Shown one piece after another: positions 15,751 to 29,879 of a stretch of 64,000 nt of DNA. Within the stretch, counting starts at the first letter, position 1, and the number at the start of each line of letters is the position of its first letter. The position numbers were made by a program, and so were the translations under genes. Source of the DNA: Vicugna vicugna (Eukaryota); NCBI GenBank assembly GCA_013265495.1, contig MU058384.1:6196792-6260791 (forward strand), written 5' to 3'. A model generated the notes under the pieces. That model made no database searches, was not told the origin of the DNA, and saw only the letters and a program-made list of their open reading frames with translations.

Positions 15751-16499
15751 GTGAAAATGAGACTAGAAATGCAGGACAGGGGGAGGCCGAGTGGTCTGGG
15801 GTGGGGATGTGGAGTGCAGCAAGGATTTTAAGAAAGAGGGAGTGCTCTGCTGGGTCAGATGCAGGAGAGAGACCCCAGGAAGATAAACCATGGATTTGGC
15901 AAGAAGGTTATTTCTCAGACTTGAAGAGAGTTGTTGGACCGGCAAGCTGGGGAAGGGCAGGGAAAGAGGGCAGTGACTGGAAAATGGGCTCGAGGGGCTT
16001 TTCCGGTGACGGGATTACTACAGCTTGTAAAACAGTGCAATGAGAATTACCCAGAAAGGTGGGACACTGGGCACTCAGGAGTGAAAGAGGTCTTCTGAGG
16101 CGATTCCTCGGGTAAATGAGAGGGCCTGGAGCTAGGGCATGAGTGTGGGCGCAAAGGGCAGGCAGAGAATATGGTTATGATGCAAAAATAAAGTAATGTT
16201 TTCAGTTTGCTTTTTCTTCTTAAAGGGACGGAATTTGTGCAGAATTGAGAGGAGGCTTTGAAGGGATCGGGGAGAGAAGCTGGAGGGGTTAACCCAGGAG
16301 TGCTGGGACCCACTTGAGATTTGTGGCCACATTCAGCTGTTGGGGTACAGTTACAGTGTTGGGCAGGCTTGTTTTTTTTCAAGATGAGTCTGAAGGAGAA
16401 AAAGAGGGTAAGGATGACGAGGCTTTATGCAAAAGTGAGGTGACAGTGATGTCCAGGGCTGGGAGATGACGTCTAAGGAAGAGGCTCGCAAACATGACA

Positions 16500-17077
16500 A
16501 CACATGAGAAACACCTACTAGGGAGTTTTAAAAAATCCTGCTGCCCAGGCCATCCCGCATACCAATTATATCAGATTCTCTAAGGTGGGACTCATACATC
16601 AGTAATTTCAAAGCTCTCCAGTGATTCTAATGTACACAAGACAGAATCAGCTGAATCAGACCTTGCCACTCAGATTCTAACTACTATATGTAAACTAGAG
16701 AAACAGCAAGGTCCTACTGCACAGCACAGGGAACTATATTCAATATCTTAAAGTAGCCTATAATGAAAAATAATACAAAGAGGAATATATATATATATAC
16801 ACACATACACACACACACACACATACAAAATAACTGAATCATTATGCTGTACACCTGAAATTAACACATTATAAACTGACTATACTTTAATTTAAAAAAA
16901 AAAAAGACCTTGCTGCTGAAAGTGTGGCTCACAAACCAGCAGCACTGGTATCAGCTGGGAGCTTGATAAAAAAGCAGAATCGCACAGCCTACCACAGAGA
17001 TGTACTGAAGCAGAATTTATAGTTTAACAAGATTGTCGGGAGATTCATATGCACATGAATATTTAAAAAGCACTGGT
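16500..17077. mobile_element. MER5B-like plus MER5A1-like hAT-Charlie MITEs, with an L1 3' end inserted at the start of the second
   Basis: MER5 motifs (tgcccaggcc...gattctaatgt; agtgtggctcacaaaccagcagca...aagcactgg). Confidence 0.65.
16674..16904 (+). mobile_element. Short L1 3'-UTR insertion with A-tail
   Basis: aaggtcctactgcacagcacagggaactatattcaatatc motif, poly(A), and an imperfect TSD agaccttgc(c/t)(a/g)ct. Confidence 0.85.
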
Positions 17078-17800
17078 CTAAGAGCCCTCCTGAAGGTCTG
17101 GGACAGTCAGGGAAGACTAGAGCTGGCATGGTCATCTGGTTTCCCAGGAGTTAAGCCTCTGGGATCCTTCCAAAACACTCAAAGACTTGAATCAGTCTGA
17201 TTACTGAGGAGAACACTGACTCAGTATAATTTGTTGGGAATTAAGCTTCCCTAGATATAGCTTAAAGTTATGAGTAAGAGTGCACTGACCCACCTTCACT
17301 TCCATAAAGATCATCTGTGGTCTTAACTTCAGGGACCAAACGATCCCTGGTGCATCTTTCCTTAGTCACATAGCCAATACCTTCTAAAGGTAAAGGCGAA
17401 AAGCTGGTAAAGGTGAAAAAACAGTAATTTTTGCTCTAGATTAAAAGGACTCGTTTGAAATTGAAGTGTTTGATCTAAGCATCATATTTGCAATTAATTG
17501 GTAATTGACATTAAGTAATCAGAAGCCATGAAGGGAATATCACACAGCTTACCTACCACTACCAGCTTCTACTGTTTTAATCAGAGGAGGTTCCAATGAA
17601 TAAAGCTCACTCAAATTTATTAAAGTAATAATGGATTAAATATACTTCAAGGGGAATTACAGCAGGAGTAATATGCTACAATCATATTTGCTACACTATA
17701 CTATTGCTATTGTAGAGACTCTGGATTGATGGAACTTACTTCCAGTCCATGATATGTCATAAATACCTTTAAACTTAAAAAATAATATAGTGTATATATA

Positions 17801-18020
17801 TAAATTAGGAGTTTGGGATTAACAGATATACACTACTGTATATAAAATACATACACAACAAGGTCCTACTGTTTGGCACAGGGATATATTCAATATTTTG
17901 TAATAACCTATAATGGAAAAGAATCTGAAAAAGAATGCATATAATTGAATCACTCTGCTGTATGCCTGAAACTAACGAAACTAACACAACATTGTATATC
18001 AACTATATTTCAATAAAAAG
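17801..18020 (+). mobile_element. L1 3'-UTR fragment (L1MA9-like)
   Basis: ggagtttgggattaacagatatacactactg...caactatatttcaataaaa. Confidence 0.85.
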
Positions 18021-18476
18021 TTGTGTGTTTTGAAAAAAAGATTTGGAGAATTAAAAACACACACAAAACAGTATGATACTGTATTTATAGTATGCAATAT
18101 ACAAAAATAAGGCATAGCAACCAGATAAAAAAGTAAAAGTCAAGAGAATGATGAGAATGTCCATGGGAGGATGATCCAGAAAGCACAGGACTGAGAGAGA
18201 AGTGATATGACAGAGATGGCAAGTGAACACACCCAACAGAAGGGTGTGTGGCAGCTGTAGAAAAGTTAAGTGAGACATGAATTTAGAAAAAGGGGAGTTG
18301 ATGAGTTATATAGAAACTTGAGACAAGTTAATAATCTAACCTGTCCCCCTCCAGCTTCCCAAGATGTGAGGTTGAATGTGCATAAACCGAGATCATAAAC
18401 TGAGACTTAAACTTCAGGGGAGGTTTTAACAAGCTCCTCTAGAAATTTGTATTTTTAAGAAACTAATTACCACTTA

Positions 18477-18633
18477 CCGAACTACATTCAATATTTTGTA
18501 GTAACTTATGGTGAAACAGAATATGAAAATGAATATGTATATATGTTCATATACAACTGAAGCATTATGCTGTGCACCAGAAATTGACACATTTATTGTA
18601 AGCTGAGCGTATTTCAATAAAAATATATATACA
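18477..18633 (+). mobile_element. Short L1 3' end with a perfect 13-bp TSD (taattaccactta)
   Basis: TSD copies at 18464-18476 and 18634-18646; L1 terminal motifs between them. Confidence 0.85.
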
Positions 18634-19374
18634 TAATTACCACTTATCTTTCTCATATGTTAGTCTCAAGTTTCACTATCTCTCAAACTCCCCGTGAGAG
18701 TTCGAGAAATATCACTGTCTTAGATATTTAGCTTTACTTTCACATACAGACGTACATACAGTCAACCCTTGAGCAACATAGGTTTGAACCATGTGGGTCC
18801 ATTCATATGTGGAATTTTAAAAAATAAATATACTGGAACATTTTTTGGAGGTTTGCAACAACTTGAAAAAACTCACAGACTTCCCCCACATAACCTATAA
18901 ATAATGCCATGAATGCATTATTCTAGTCTATGTTTATCACGTAACATCATAAAAATACACCCATCTATTATAACACGTTAAAATTGATCAAAACTTATGC
19001 ACACACTTACGGATCGCTCATGGCACCATTCAGTCAAGAGAAATGTAAACAAACATAAAGATGCAGTATTAAATTATAACTGCAGAAAAATTAACTGTAG
19101 TACATACTGTACTACTGTAATCATTTTGTAGCCACTTCCTGTTACCACTGCAGCGAGCTCGAGTTTTGCAAGTATCCGCTTAAGACGCTGAGCGACCAGC
19201 AATGCGAATCATCTCTGTGTGAGCAGTTGGTCTCTCCAGTAAATTGCATAGTGCAGTAAAAAGTGATCTCTTGCAGTTCTTGTGCATTTTGCATTGTGTT
19301 TAGTGCACTACCATATACCTGAAATAACACCGGGGGCCCATACAAAGTGCCCCAGTGATGCTAGAAGTGCTCCC

Positions 19375-21110
19375 ATGAAGCAGAGAAAAGTCATGATGTT
19401 ACAAGAAAAAGCTGAATTGTACCACAGATTGAGGTCTAATGCTGTGGCTGCTCACCATCTCAAGATAAATAAATCCAGCATAAAGAACACTGTAGAAAAG
19501 AAAAGGAAATTCAGGAAGCTATCATTGCAGCTATACCTAAGTGGGGAGGGTATAGCTCAGTGGTAGAGCGCATGCTTAGCATGCACAAGGTCCTGGGTTC
19601 AATCCCCAGTACCTCCATAAATAAATAAATAAAACCTAATTACCTCTTCCCTCCAAAAAAAAAAAAAACAAAATTTAGAAGGTACATTGCAGCTATACCA
19701 GCAGGTTCAAAAAACTTGCACTTTTTGAGAAATACCTTTTTATCTCATATTGAAAATTCAGCTTTAATGTAGGTGCAGGATTGCTACAAGAAAGGCATAC
19801 CTATAGATTCTAAAAATGAAAACAAAAGGAAGGTGAAGAAGCTAAAAGTAGAGATATTAATGCCAGCAAGGGATGGTTTGATAATTTAGGAGAGGTTTGG
19901 CTTAAAAGTGCCAAGATAGTAGGAGAAGCAGCTTCACCCACCAAGAGGCAGCAGATGAGGTCCCAGATGCCATTAAAAAAAAATCATTGAGAAGAAAGGG
20001 TACCTGCACGGACAGGTTTTTAATGTAGAAGAATGTGCCCTACTCCAGAAAAAAAAGTGCCACAAAGGACATTTATTAGGAAGAAAGAGAAATGAGTACC
20101 AGGATTTAAGGCAGGAAGGGACAGGCTAACGCTACTGTTTGGAGCAAATGCAGTGGGGTTTATGATCAACACTGCCCTTATCTATAAAGCTGCTAACACG
20201 GAGCCTTGAAGGGAAAAGATAAACACCGGTTACTAGACTTCTGATTGTACAACAAGAAAACCTGGACAAGGAGAACACTTCTTCTGGAATGGTCCTATCG
20301 GTGCTTTGTCTCTGAAGTTAGGAAGTACCTTGGTAATAAGAGATGGCCTTTTAAAGTTCTTTTGATATTGGACAATACCCCTGGCCATGCAGAACCACTT
20401 GAGTTCAACACTGAAGGCACTGAAGTAGTCTACCTCCCCCCAAACACAAAATCCCTAATTCAACCTCTAGATCAGGGGGTCATAAGGACTTTTATGGTCC
20501 TCTATGGAAAGGACTGTCAACTCTATGGAAGCGCCCCCAATAGAGAGAACATCGTGAAAGCTTGGAAGGACTGCACCACTGAAGATGCTATCGCTGTTAC
20601 AGAACAAGCCGTGAAAGCCGTCAAGCCAGAAACAATAAATTCCTGCTGGAGAAAAGTGTGTCCAGATGTTGTGCATGACTTCACAGGATTATGACTGAGC
20701 CAATCAAGAAAATCATGACAGAGATTACGGATATGGAAAAAAAAAAAAAAAAAAAAGCTGGGGTTGAAGGGTTTCAAGATATAGATCTTGGAGAAATTCA
20801 AGAGCTAATAGACACCACACCAGAGGAATTCACAGAACATGACTTGATGGAGATGAGTGCTTTTGAATCAGTTCCAGACAATGAGGAAGAAGATACAGAT
20901 GAAGCAGCGCCAGAAACAAACTGACGGCGGACAACCTGGCAGAAGGGTTCTGATTATTCAAAACTGCTTTTAACTTCTTTTATGACAGGGGCCTTCCTAC
21001 GATACAGGTACTGGAACTAAAGCAAACGATGGAAGGACTGCTACTACAGAGAAACATTTTTAGAGAAACGAAAAAGCAAAAAAGTCAGACAGAAATGACA
21101 ATGTATTTCT
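19375..21110 (+). pseudogene. Fragmented pogo/Tigger transposase (frameshifts, stop codons and a SINE insertion)
   Basis: ORF-track fragments 19282..19566, 20245..20694, 20691..20924 and 21029..21268 lie in different frames. Confidence 0.88.
19538..19684 (+). mobile_element. tRNA-derived SINE (camelid Vic-1-like) inserted in the Tigger transposase, with a 15-bp TSD
   Basis: GGGGAGGGTATAGCTCAGTGGTAGAGCGCATGCTTAGCATGCACAAGGTCCTGGGTTCAATCCCCAG, followed by (TAAA)n, cctaattacct and an A-tail. TSD cattgcagctatacc at 19523-19537 and 19685-19699. Confidence 0.92.
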
Positions 21111-22519
21111 GTAAAGTCACACTGAGTGTGCCTGCCTCCCCTGCTCCCACATCCACCTCCTCCGCTTCCTCCACCTCTGCACCCGCTGAGACAGCAAGAC
21201 CCACCCCTCCTCTTCCTCCTCCTTGGCCTACTCAATGCGAAGGCAGTAAGGATAAAGACCTTTATTGATGATCTACTTCCACTTCATGAATAGTAATCAT
21301 CACGCCGCACAGCTAAATAAACTTGTCTGTTGTATATGTGTGAGTGTCTTCGAATGAAAAATCTAGTAACTACAGCTAAACTGTATGAGATGCTTTTGTC
21401 TCATCACCACTGTCATCATCTAAGTATTTATCGTGTAGAACATCGTCTGCAAGACTTGTATTGAAGTGGATAACCTATCCTTACATAGGCATGGGGTGAG
21501 TAATATTTCATATAAAATTAATAACGTGTTCATTTTCTTACTGTTTGATATCTTTGCTTCCAAAGAATTACATTACAGTATGCCCCTCTCTCTAGTAATT
21601 GGAGAAACTGTGTATCAGCCTATCATCACAGGAGGGTGGTTTTTAAAGAAAAGTAGCAATGTTTCCAATGCTGTATTATGACTCTGACTGTAACACTGTA
21701 TGCCATAAAAATTTTATAACAATTTATTCATTATAACTATTCATTTATAACAATTCATTCATTAGGCTAGGCTACCGTGAAGCAATCAGATTGCTGTTTT
21801 GTTATCAATGCATGAATTATGCCTGTAAATATACATGAATTTCTTTTTCACATTATCTTTTCATTTCTGATGTGCAGTGTTAGTAATACATATCAGATCT
21901 ACAGTGCTTTGTATCACATAATACTGACAATTCACCTTATAAACAGACAACATGAACTTATGGTATCGATAAATACAGTATGGTACTGCCGTATTTTCTC
22001 TTACTTACGATTTTCATAATAACATTTTCTTTTCTCTAGCTTACTTTATTGTAAGAATACAGTATATAATATACAGCACACAAGATTATGTGTTAATCAA
22101 CTGGTTTACGTTATTGGTAAGGCTTCCACTCAACAACAGTCAAGTTTTTAAGGTGTCAAAAGTTACACTCAGATTTTCAACTGCATTGGGGGGTCAGAAC
22201 TCCTAACCCTCACAGTGTTCAAGGGTCAACTGTACTATATTTACATACATACTATTCACATACACATATATGCACACAAACACTACAAGCAACCATGATA
22301 CACACGAAAATCTTCAAGGCTTGCAAATTTCCCATTCATTCATTTTGTATGTACCACATCCACTCTCTACTCACTCTCTTCTTCTCTACAATACTGAGCT
22401 GAGTATCTCACACTATGAGATAAAACAACAGATAAAAATATATGGACATTTCTTTTAAAAACATCCAGTTTCCCCAAAGTTCAGCTTCCCGACATTCAGA
22501 TTTCTTTGAAACCAAATTA

Positions 22520-22745
22520 AACACGTCATGCTTACTGTTTACTCTGGGGTAGGCAATGTGCTGAGTTCTACTGCATTGACTCATTTAACCCTTCTAGTCA
22601 AATTATTAATTTATTATTCTCTTCATTTTATGTAAAAGGTAACTGAGGCTCACAAAGACTACATCAACTCCCCAAGGTCACACGCCGAGTAGAAAGTAGA
22701 GCTAGAATTTAAGCTCAGGTCCCTTCTCCCTCCAAACTCAGAACG
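22520..22745 (-). mobile_element. MIR relic
   Basis: ctcatttaaccc...cattttatgtaaaaggtaactgaggctcaca...ccaaggtcacac. Confidence 0.7.
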
Positions 22746-22994
22746 CTCTCACCATGATGCCCAGAGGGGCGGTAATCTGCAGTGTTAACTCTGCCACTGG
22801 AGTGGTTTCCAGTCCATGGTTCCAACACTTATTAGTTCTAACCACTTCCCATTAAATCATGCTGCTCTTCCTTAGTTGACATGCACAGTCAGGCAGTCCT
22901 TATCTTCACGACAACCTTATAATTTAAAATCTAGCTGGTGCTATTTCAGAAGTCTTTCCATATGTGTGTATAGATTGTTTAATATAAAAGTATC

Positions 22995-23136
22995 GGGGAG
23001 GGAGGAGAGTATAGCTCAGTGGTAGAGCACGTGCTTAGCATGCACAAGGTCATGGGTTCGATCCCCAGTAACTCAGTCAAATAAGAAATAATAACAATAA
23101 ATAAAGAAATACATCTAATTACCTCCCCCACCAAAA
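22995..23136 (+). mobile_element. tRNA-derived SINE (Vic-1-like)
   Basis: Same A-box/B-box head and ctaattacctcccc tail as the copy at 19538. Confidence 0.9.
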
Positions 23137-24531
23137 GCAACCAGTGGATTTATCCTGATGAACACATTATTTCTCCAGGGCTGCTCTTATATAAGATGTC
23201 TAAAATGAGCAAGTAGTTTTAGGAGCTTGAATTTCATTTTCACAATACAAGGCAACTGTTCATTTTCCTTCAGTCTTTTTCCTGACTTGGGCTACTTACT
23301 TCGCATCCTTTCTGTGGAATCACTTTAGAGAATCATGGCCTCATCGTACATGACACATTAATGCTCCAAAATAAATCAAATCCCTAAAGCACAATTTACT
23401 TAGCTCCCTTCACCCTCCCTCCAACAAAGAGGAATTACTGCAACTTAACAGGTAAAATAATATACACAATTAATCAGGGAATAGGAATAATCTTCATAAA
23501 CTCTAACAGATGATGGATGTTTCTGGTTTACGTCCTGCCAAATTTACAGACTCCTACTCTAAGAGTTTTGTGGTGCTGAAACATGCACGTGCTAACTGGT
23601 ACCCAGCTGCAAAGCCCATCACCAGCTTCACGGGCAACAGACTCAAATACCGACGTCCCTCATTTGCCATCTTGGTAAATATCCAGAAATCGTTCTGCTT
23701 GGGAAAAGTGTTTACAGCCAAACAGAGTCAAAAAGTGGTAACATATTAGGAAGATCCTTGAAAAATTCACAATATTATTTATTTATAAATGGAGGCAGGA
23801 CTTTCCTAAAGTTTTTTTTTTAATTAAAACAGAAAAGTTAGTTACACAAAGCAGTTTATGAGTAAAATGGCATTCCGAAATTATTATGTTCGGTGAATTT
23901 GTTTTCATAGGTGGTGGGGAAAAAAACATGAGGCCAAGAGTATAGCTCGAGATGTGGGTTCCGGTTAGCCACATCACTTGCGAGCTGTGTGCCACAGCAC
24001 CCATCACCTAGGGTGGTGGTGAAAGCTAAGGAAACGATGCACTCAAAGGATGCTCAGCAAAGTGCCAGGCACACAGAGGAGCTAGAAAATGGTACTTACC
24101 TACTTACTTACTTTCTTATTATTTTTTTACAGGGGCAGGTGGTGGGGAAGAGAGAAAGGCAGGTAGATAGGTAGGTAGGTGTGGTCATGTCCGGATATGA
24201 TTTTACACCTCGGACACTTATATTTCCAGCTCCCAGCTCACTGAACTTCAGGCCACCGCAGTACTACTTCGTGCAAATACTGACCTTCTGTATGTCTGGA
24301 AATTTCTGCCTTTGTCATTTCCCCTTTGCGGGGAAATACTTTATTAAGCTTCTCCAGCATGGGGCATGGAGATGATGGTTTTCAGAACTCAATGGTACTT
24401 CTATAAATTTACATTATCTCATTTAATCCGTCCACTAACCCCAGGAAGGAAATGGCCGTAAAATTCAAGTATTCTCCAAATTTCTTTAGCCATGGTTTTC
24501 TAATTTTCTCAAGAAAAAAAAGTTGGGGAAA

Positions 24532-24717
24532 AATTGTAGAATAGATAAACAAGATTATACTGTATAGCACAGGAAAATATACACAAGATCTTATGGCAGC
24601 TCACAGAGAAAAAAATGTGACAATGAATATATATATGCTCATGTGTAATTGAAAAATTGTGCTCTACACTGGAATTTGACACAACATTGTAAAATGATTA
24701 TAAATCATAAAAATGTT
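24532..24717 (+). mobile_element. Young L1 3' end with TSD aaaaaaagttggggaaa
   Basis: TSD copies at ~24515-24531 and ~24719-24735; L1 3'-UTR motifs between them. Confidence 0.87.
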
Positions 24718-24747
24718 AAAAAAAAGTTGGGGAAATAATTCTATTCT

Positions 24748-24920
24748 AATGGTTCCCCAAGCATGGTCCATCAGCTTTATTGGAAATGTATTCCCAATGC
24801 GAAATCTCGGGCCCCACTGGAGATCTACAGAATCTGAAACTCCGCGGGTGGGACCGGCCACCTGTGGTGAACAAAGCCTGCGCGTTACTGTGACCCACGC
24901 TAAAGGCTGAGAAGCCCTGC
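24748..24920. mobile_element. MER5A-like MITE
   Basis: aatgcgaaatctcgggccccac...cagaatctgaaactc...gctaaaggctgagaagccctg. Confidence 0.7.
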
Positions 24921-25500
24921 TCCAGTCTAAGCCACCACCACGTCTTACGTACTGCACAGTAGCCTCTAAACCGTCTCCTCGCATCCACCCTTACTCCTCT
25001 AACCCCCATTCTTCTCAGAGCAGCCAATTTTAAACCATCCTGTCCCAGTTCAGTCTAAAACCCTACAACAGCTCCCACTGTGCCTCGACTAAATCCCAAA
25101 TGCCTTCCCATAGACGCCCTGCCTGGTGCAGTCCCCTGCCTGCCTCTGTTTTCACCTTGTGTTACTCTCTCCCGTGTTTACCATCTTCTGGACACACTAC
25201 TCCTTTATATTCCTGCAACACTGGAAGGCTGTTCCCGCCTCGGGCCCTTCCGTGTCCTCTGCCTGGAACACCCCTCTCCTCGCTCCTCTCCCCTAAGCTG
25301 CAGGGCTCGCTCCTTCTTGTAACCCAGGTCTCAGTATCAGTGTCACCTCCCCAGTCACACCCCCGAGTCACTCTCTACCTAACCTTGTTTTATTGTCTCC
25401 CCAGCAGTCACCACAACCTGAAATGATTTTGTTTGCTCGTAAGCTCCACGAGAGTAGGAAGCACGTCTGCCCTGTGTAAAGTAAATATTTGTCAGAGGAA
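24921..25500 (+). mobile_element. L2 3' fragment
   Basis: aagccaccaccacgtc...actgcacagtagcctctaa...cttctcagagcagcca...gtaagctccacgagagtagg. Confidence 0.7.
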
Positions 25501-25939
25501 TACAGTCGTTCTGGGAGCTCTGGTTCACCATCTCCACTTACGGTCTGCGGTGAAGATGCAGCCCTCAATGCCCTCTCTGTCCCCTTCAAATGGCCCCTGA
25601 GCAACCTGTGGTCCCCAGCTTCACAGGATGGGCTGATGTAACACCATCTGAGCTGTTTCTCAATTTGCCAAGATATCAATGTCTTACTAGTGAAAAGGCA
25701 ACACCAGTTTCCCTATAGACATTAATAAAAATGTTAATGATCAAATTCTTTTCAGAAAAAATAAATGATAATTCATTAAATAAGGTCATCTAAGTTGCTT
25801 TTCACGGAAATCAATAAAGGTATTTTCATTTTGATTAGAAAAAAGAGAGCCTAAAACCATTTTCACTTTTTTTTTTTTTAATTTCCCTGAGTAAACCATT
25901 TATTCTACATGGTCAACTCCAGCAGGCCCCCTCCCAGTA

Positions 25940-26360
25940 ATGTAGTGTTAAGAACAAGGACTTGCTTTGAGAATGACCTGCTTTCCAACATTTATCATTC
26001 TGTGACCTTGGTCAAGTTTCTTAAATCCGCATAGTCTGGGCTTTCTCATCCCCAGAACTTGGATCGCAGTAAGTTACAGAACAGTAATTATGAGAATCAA
26101 GCAGGACAACATTTGTGAAAGTGACTGATAGCAGTTACAGTTTTCCTGAGTGTTAATTCACACCAAGTGTTCTTTCTGCTAAGCTGTCAAGCACATTATC
26201 TCTTTGATTCTTATCCACTATAGATAGTATTATTCCCATTTTATAGAAATTGAGACTGAAGAGGTAAGTAATTTGCCTATGGTCAGAAAACTCTAAGCAT
26301 CAGCACTGGGCTTTCAAAAGTAGGTTTACCTGACTCGATGGCTCTTGTCCTTAACCGCCA
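25940..26360. mobile_element. Two MIR relics in opposite orientations
   Basis: ctgtgaccttggtcaagtttcttaa on the + strand, then attattcccattttatag...aggtaagtaatttgcc on the - strand. Confidence 0.6.
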
Positions 26361-27696
26361 CTGGCATCGCTTGTGAAATGCCAAACGTGGGTCCAATGAC
26401 ATGGCAGGGGTTCTATAAATGTGAGCTTATCTTCCCCACAGCCTTCCAATCGTGCCCCTTTTCCTACTCTGCACCACTGCGAGGTACTGCTGCCTCAATC
26501 TATTTCACTGAACATTTTTAAAGGTTTTCCTTTTGATGGAAAACTATCCCAATCGTCTGAGAGAAGACAGTTCGAGAACTCACACAACTGCCTACACAGT
26601 GCCTCACTAATTGTCCTTACTCCTTTCAGGAAATGGGCTAAGATTTTTTTTTCCCTAAAAGGTCATTGAACAAAATTGTTACCTTTTATATCTGTTTAGC
26701 AACATTTATTGCCAATACTAAAAATCAAATGCAATGCAGATTCAACACGAGTACAATTTAGGAGTAAATACTTAAGCACAAAAAATTCATCACTGTAAGT
26801 CTAGAAGATAAAGTTTAAACAAAGCTATTAAAAACTGCATGTTGAGCTGACATGAGACCCTAGGAAATAATACGACACTATAAAGACACAGGGAGACACT
26901 TCTGTAAATGTGAACAGGAAAAGGAGCCAAAGTTAGACGCAATTTTGAATAATTTTTTTTTTTTTGAATACAGTAATTGAAGGCTGGCCAACATGTTGTG
27001 AATTGACTCTGGTTAGATTGTGAGTCCTACAGCCAAAGACTCTAAACAGTAAAAGCCTATACAGCTGTGTTTCCAGCTCAAAAGCCTGTTGCAGGTGGAT
27101 CAATCTTTGAAACAGCCTCACATGCACAGAGAACAATACTGTTACAAGAAGCAAGCCAACTAGGAAAATAATGGCAAGAGACAAAGCAAAGTAATGAGAT
27201 CATCTGTTTCTGGATTTGTGTGAAGAGGTGTTACCCTCAGTCCCTGTTCATATGTTTTCCTCAAAGTTACAAAAAATGTTTATAAATCCAAAGGATCTGT
27301 CAGGCAAAAGATTACTTCCTTATTTCAAATGGCATTCTATAGCAACATCTGGTGCAACAAATTAATTCAATCAATTTCTTAAAGTTCCCTTATTAGAGGA
27401 TAATAAATGATTTTATAATGTTTAAAGTCCATTTTAATTTATGAAAGCATTTTCTAAAATAATTACACCAGAGCAATAAGCTTGGTTGGTTTTGATGTAG
27501 AAAACTCAAAGTTATTTTGAAGAAAGAAAAAAGAATCCAATTTCTAAGTTTTGTAAAATCTGACAGTTCATATTAAAGAACAATGAGCCACTGGAAATAA
27601 ATAAAAGCAGATTTGACAGACTGCAATACAACACTTACATGTATTTTTAAATGGCATTTGATTTTATTTAAAATAAAATCCTAACAAGGTGTCCTA

Positions 27697-27831
<135 letters not shown>

Positions 27832-29189
27832 TTATCAAGTTCTAAAGAAACAGAAATCTCTTTACAAGAAGAAAACATTTCGCTTGGTTGCTGGATATAA
27901 TCTTGATATCAGTATACAGAAATCTCTGCTACTCTATTCTTTTTTCCCCCAAATCTGTGGGATCTAACCCCTGTAAAACCTGAGGAGCAAGAGCGACACA
28001 AAGTAATAGGCTTAAAAATCAGATGTCCTAATGAATTCATCCAAATATTTACTTGCAGTTAATATCCAAAAAGACATACTTGAAGTTTATGATAGATGTG
28101 TGCTATTATGAAATTTTATGTCTCATGGATTCATGAAGTTTTGCAATTCATGCAAAGAATTAACTTTTAAAAAATATTTAAAAGAATCAAAGAGCAATCC
28201 CTAAATAGAAATTGTAAAGAGTGGCTCCTTGGGTCAGGTTAAGTCCTAAGGTGAGCTGTTTGGCCTGCAGTGTTTTGAAAGATTTCAAATTATTGATCAA
28301 CATTCCAAGATTAGAAGATATCACATAAACTTCAGGGTTCTGACTGCAGCAGACAAACTTCCAGGCTGTCTGTGGCAATGCTGGCTGACAATCCACATGG
28401 CAGTGATGAAGGGGACTTTTTAGACTTAGCCAGTGCTCCCCACTCCTCACAGTCGGCAGGCTCTCTAGCCCAGATCACTCATCTGTATCACCTGCCGGTT
28501 CCTGAAAGCATCTGAATCTGCTACTGTTGTTCACACAAAGGAAATGATCTCTTATAAAGAGGTGCAGTGGCTATTCCTTGACTTCACTAAATCTGGAAAT
28601 TTAACTTTTCTCATAATTAAAATATGCAGTTGTGTAAGAGGTAACATCATGGTTAAGAATAGTTTCTTCTGATGTTTTATAATAAAAATCAACCTGCTTA
28701 GTATAGGTATATCTCAAAAACAAATCCCAGCTGGAAAAAATGACACAAAGAAACTTCTATAGATATAAAAATTTTAACTTATGTATCAAATGACTGGAAT
28801 TTTTTCTTATTTTTGGGTGACAACTTTTCCTTTCCAAAAGGATTCATTTTTATCTTTTAAAATTTACTGACCCATATAAACATCTTTCATTACCCTGGTA
28901 CTCTCAAATAGAGTGCTTCGCAGATGATCACCCCACAAACAAATGGCTTTATTTTTCTAATTTCTGTTTGTGACTTTTGGATCAAAATGTGCAATTATCT
29001 TAAGCCTAGAATTCGTGAAGCATTATCGTTTTCAGGTTGCTATTGTTTTAGATTTTGCCATTGTAATGGATAAATCTCAAATTTCAGAGCTGTGAAATGC
29101 CAGCTTCAGAGTAGGTACACTCATTTCATGATATGTCTTTTCCTTTTGAGTTGGAATGTTTACGAAGTTGTAAGGTATAGACTATATTA

Positions 29190-29447
<258 letters not shown>

Positions 29448-29879
29448 TTATCTCAACAGATTCTTACACAACAGGAGGCTCCCTATGACAAGAAAGACTG
29501 ATGACCCCAGATACACACAAGTTTTGCAGGTCACACAAACTTTTCCTGGTTTCAATCTGTGTGATCTATTGAACCCAAACACCTTTTATACTCCATATGC
29601 CCTCTACTTCATGTCTCTGTCCCCACCTACCTACAGAACTCAAGTTCAGTGTGTTCCCACCTCCTTACGTCAGAGGAGATCCCATCCCTCCACCTGCAGA
29701 CGTGACTTCCCAGCCTCACCTATTAGTCAAATTCAATCTTCCCTCAACTTCTTCCTTTTCTGAGGGGCTACAGACAAGTTGAAAAGTCCTTCCCTTTGAC
29801 CTTGCATTTCTCTATCTAGAAGACATCTGCTTGCTATCTTTCCTTTTTGAAGAACTCTTCTTAAAAGAACAGTGCATAC

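Larger units (their letters stand above)
18759..22232 (+). mobile_element. Near full-length Tigger2 (Tigger2f-like) TcMar DNA transposon with a decayed transposase
   Basis: TIRs CAGTCAACCCTTGAGCA / TGTTCAAGGGTCAACTG flanked by TA on both sides. Transposase fragments: HTH-like MKQRKVMMLQEKAEL and DDE_1-like KVLLILDNTPGH...YLPPNTKSLIQPLDQGVI. Confidence 0.93.

Noticed and set aside
19543..19616. tRNA gene (also at ~23001 and ~29972)
   Set aside because: The tRNA-like head is followed by (TAAA)n, a shared tail and an A-rich end, with TSDs at two copies. These are SINEs, not tRNA genes.
20245..20694. 149-aa ORF as a functional TIGD/CENP-B-like gene
   Set aside because: It is a fragment of a frameshifted, SINE-interrupted Tigger transposase and changes frame within the DDE domain.
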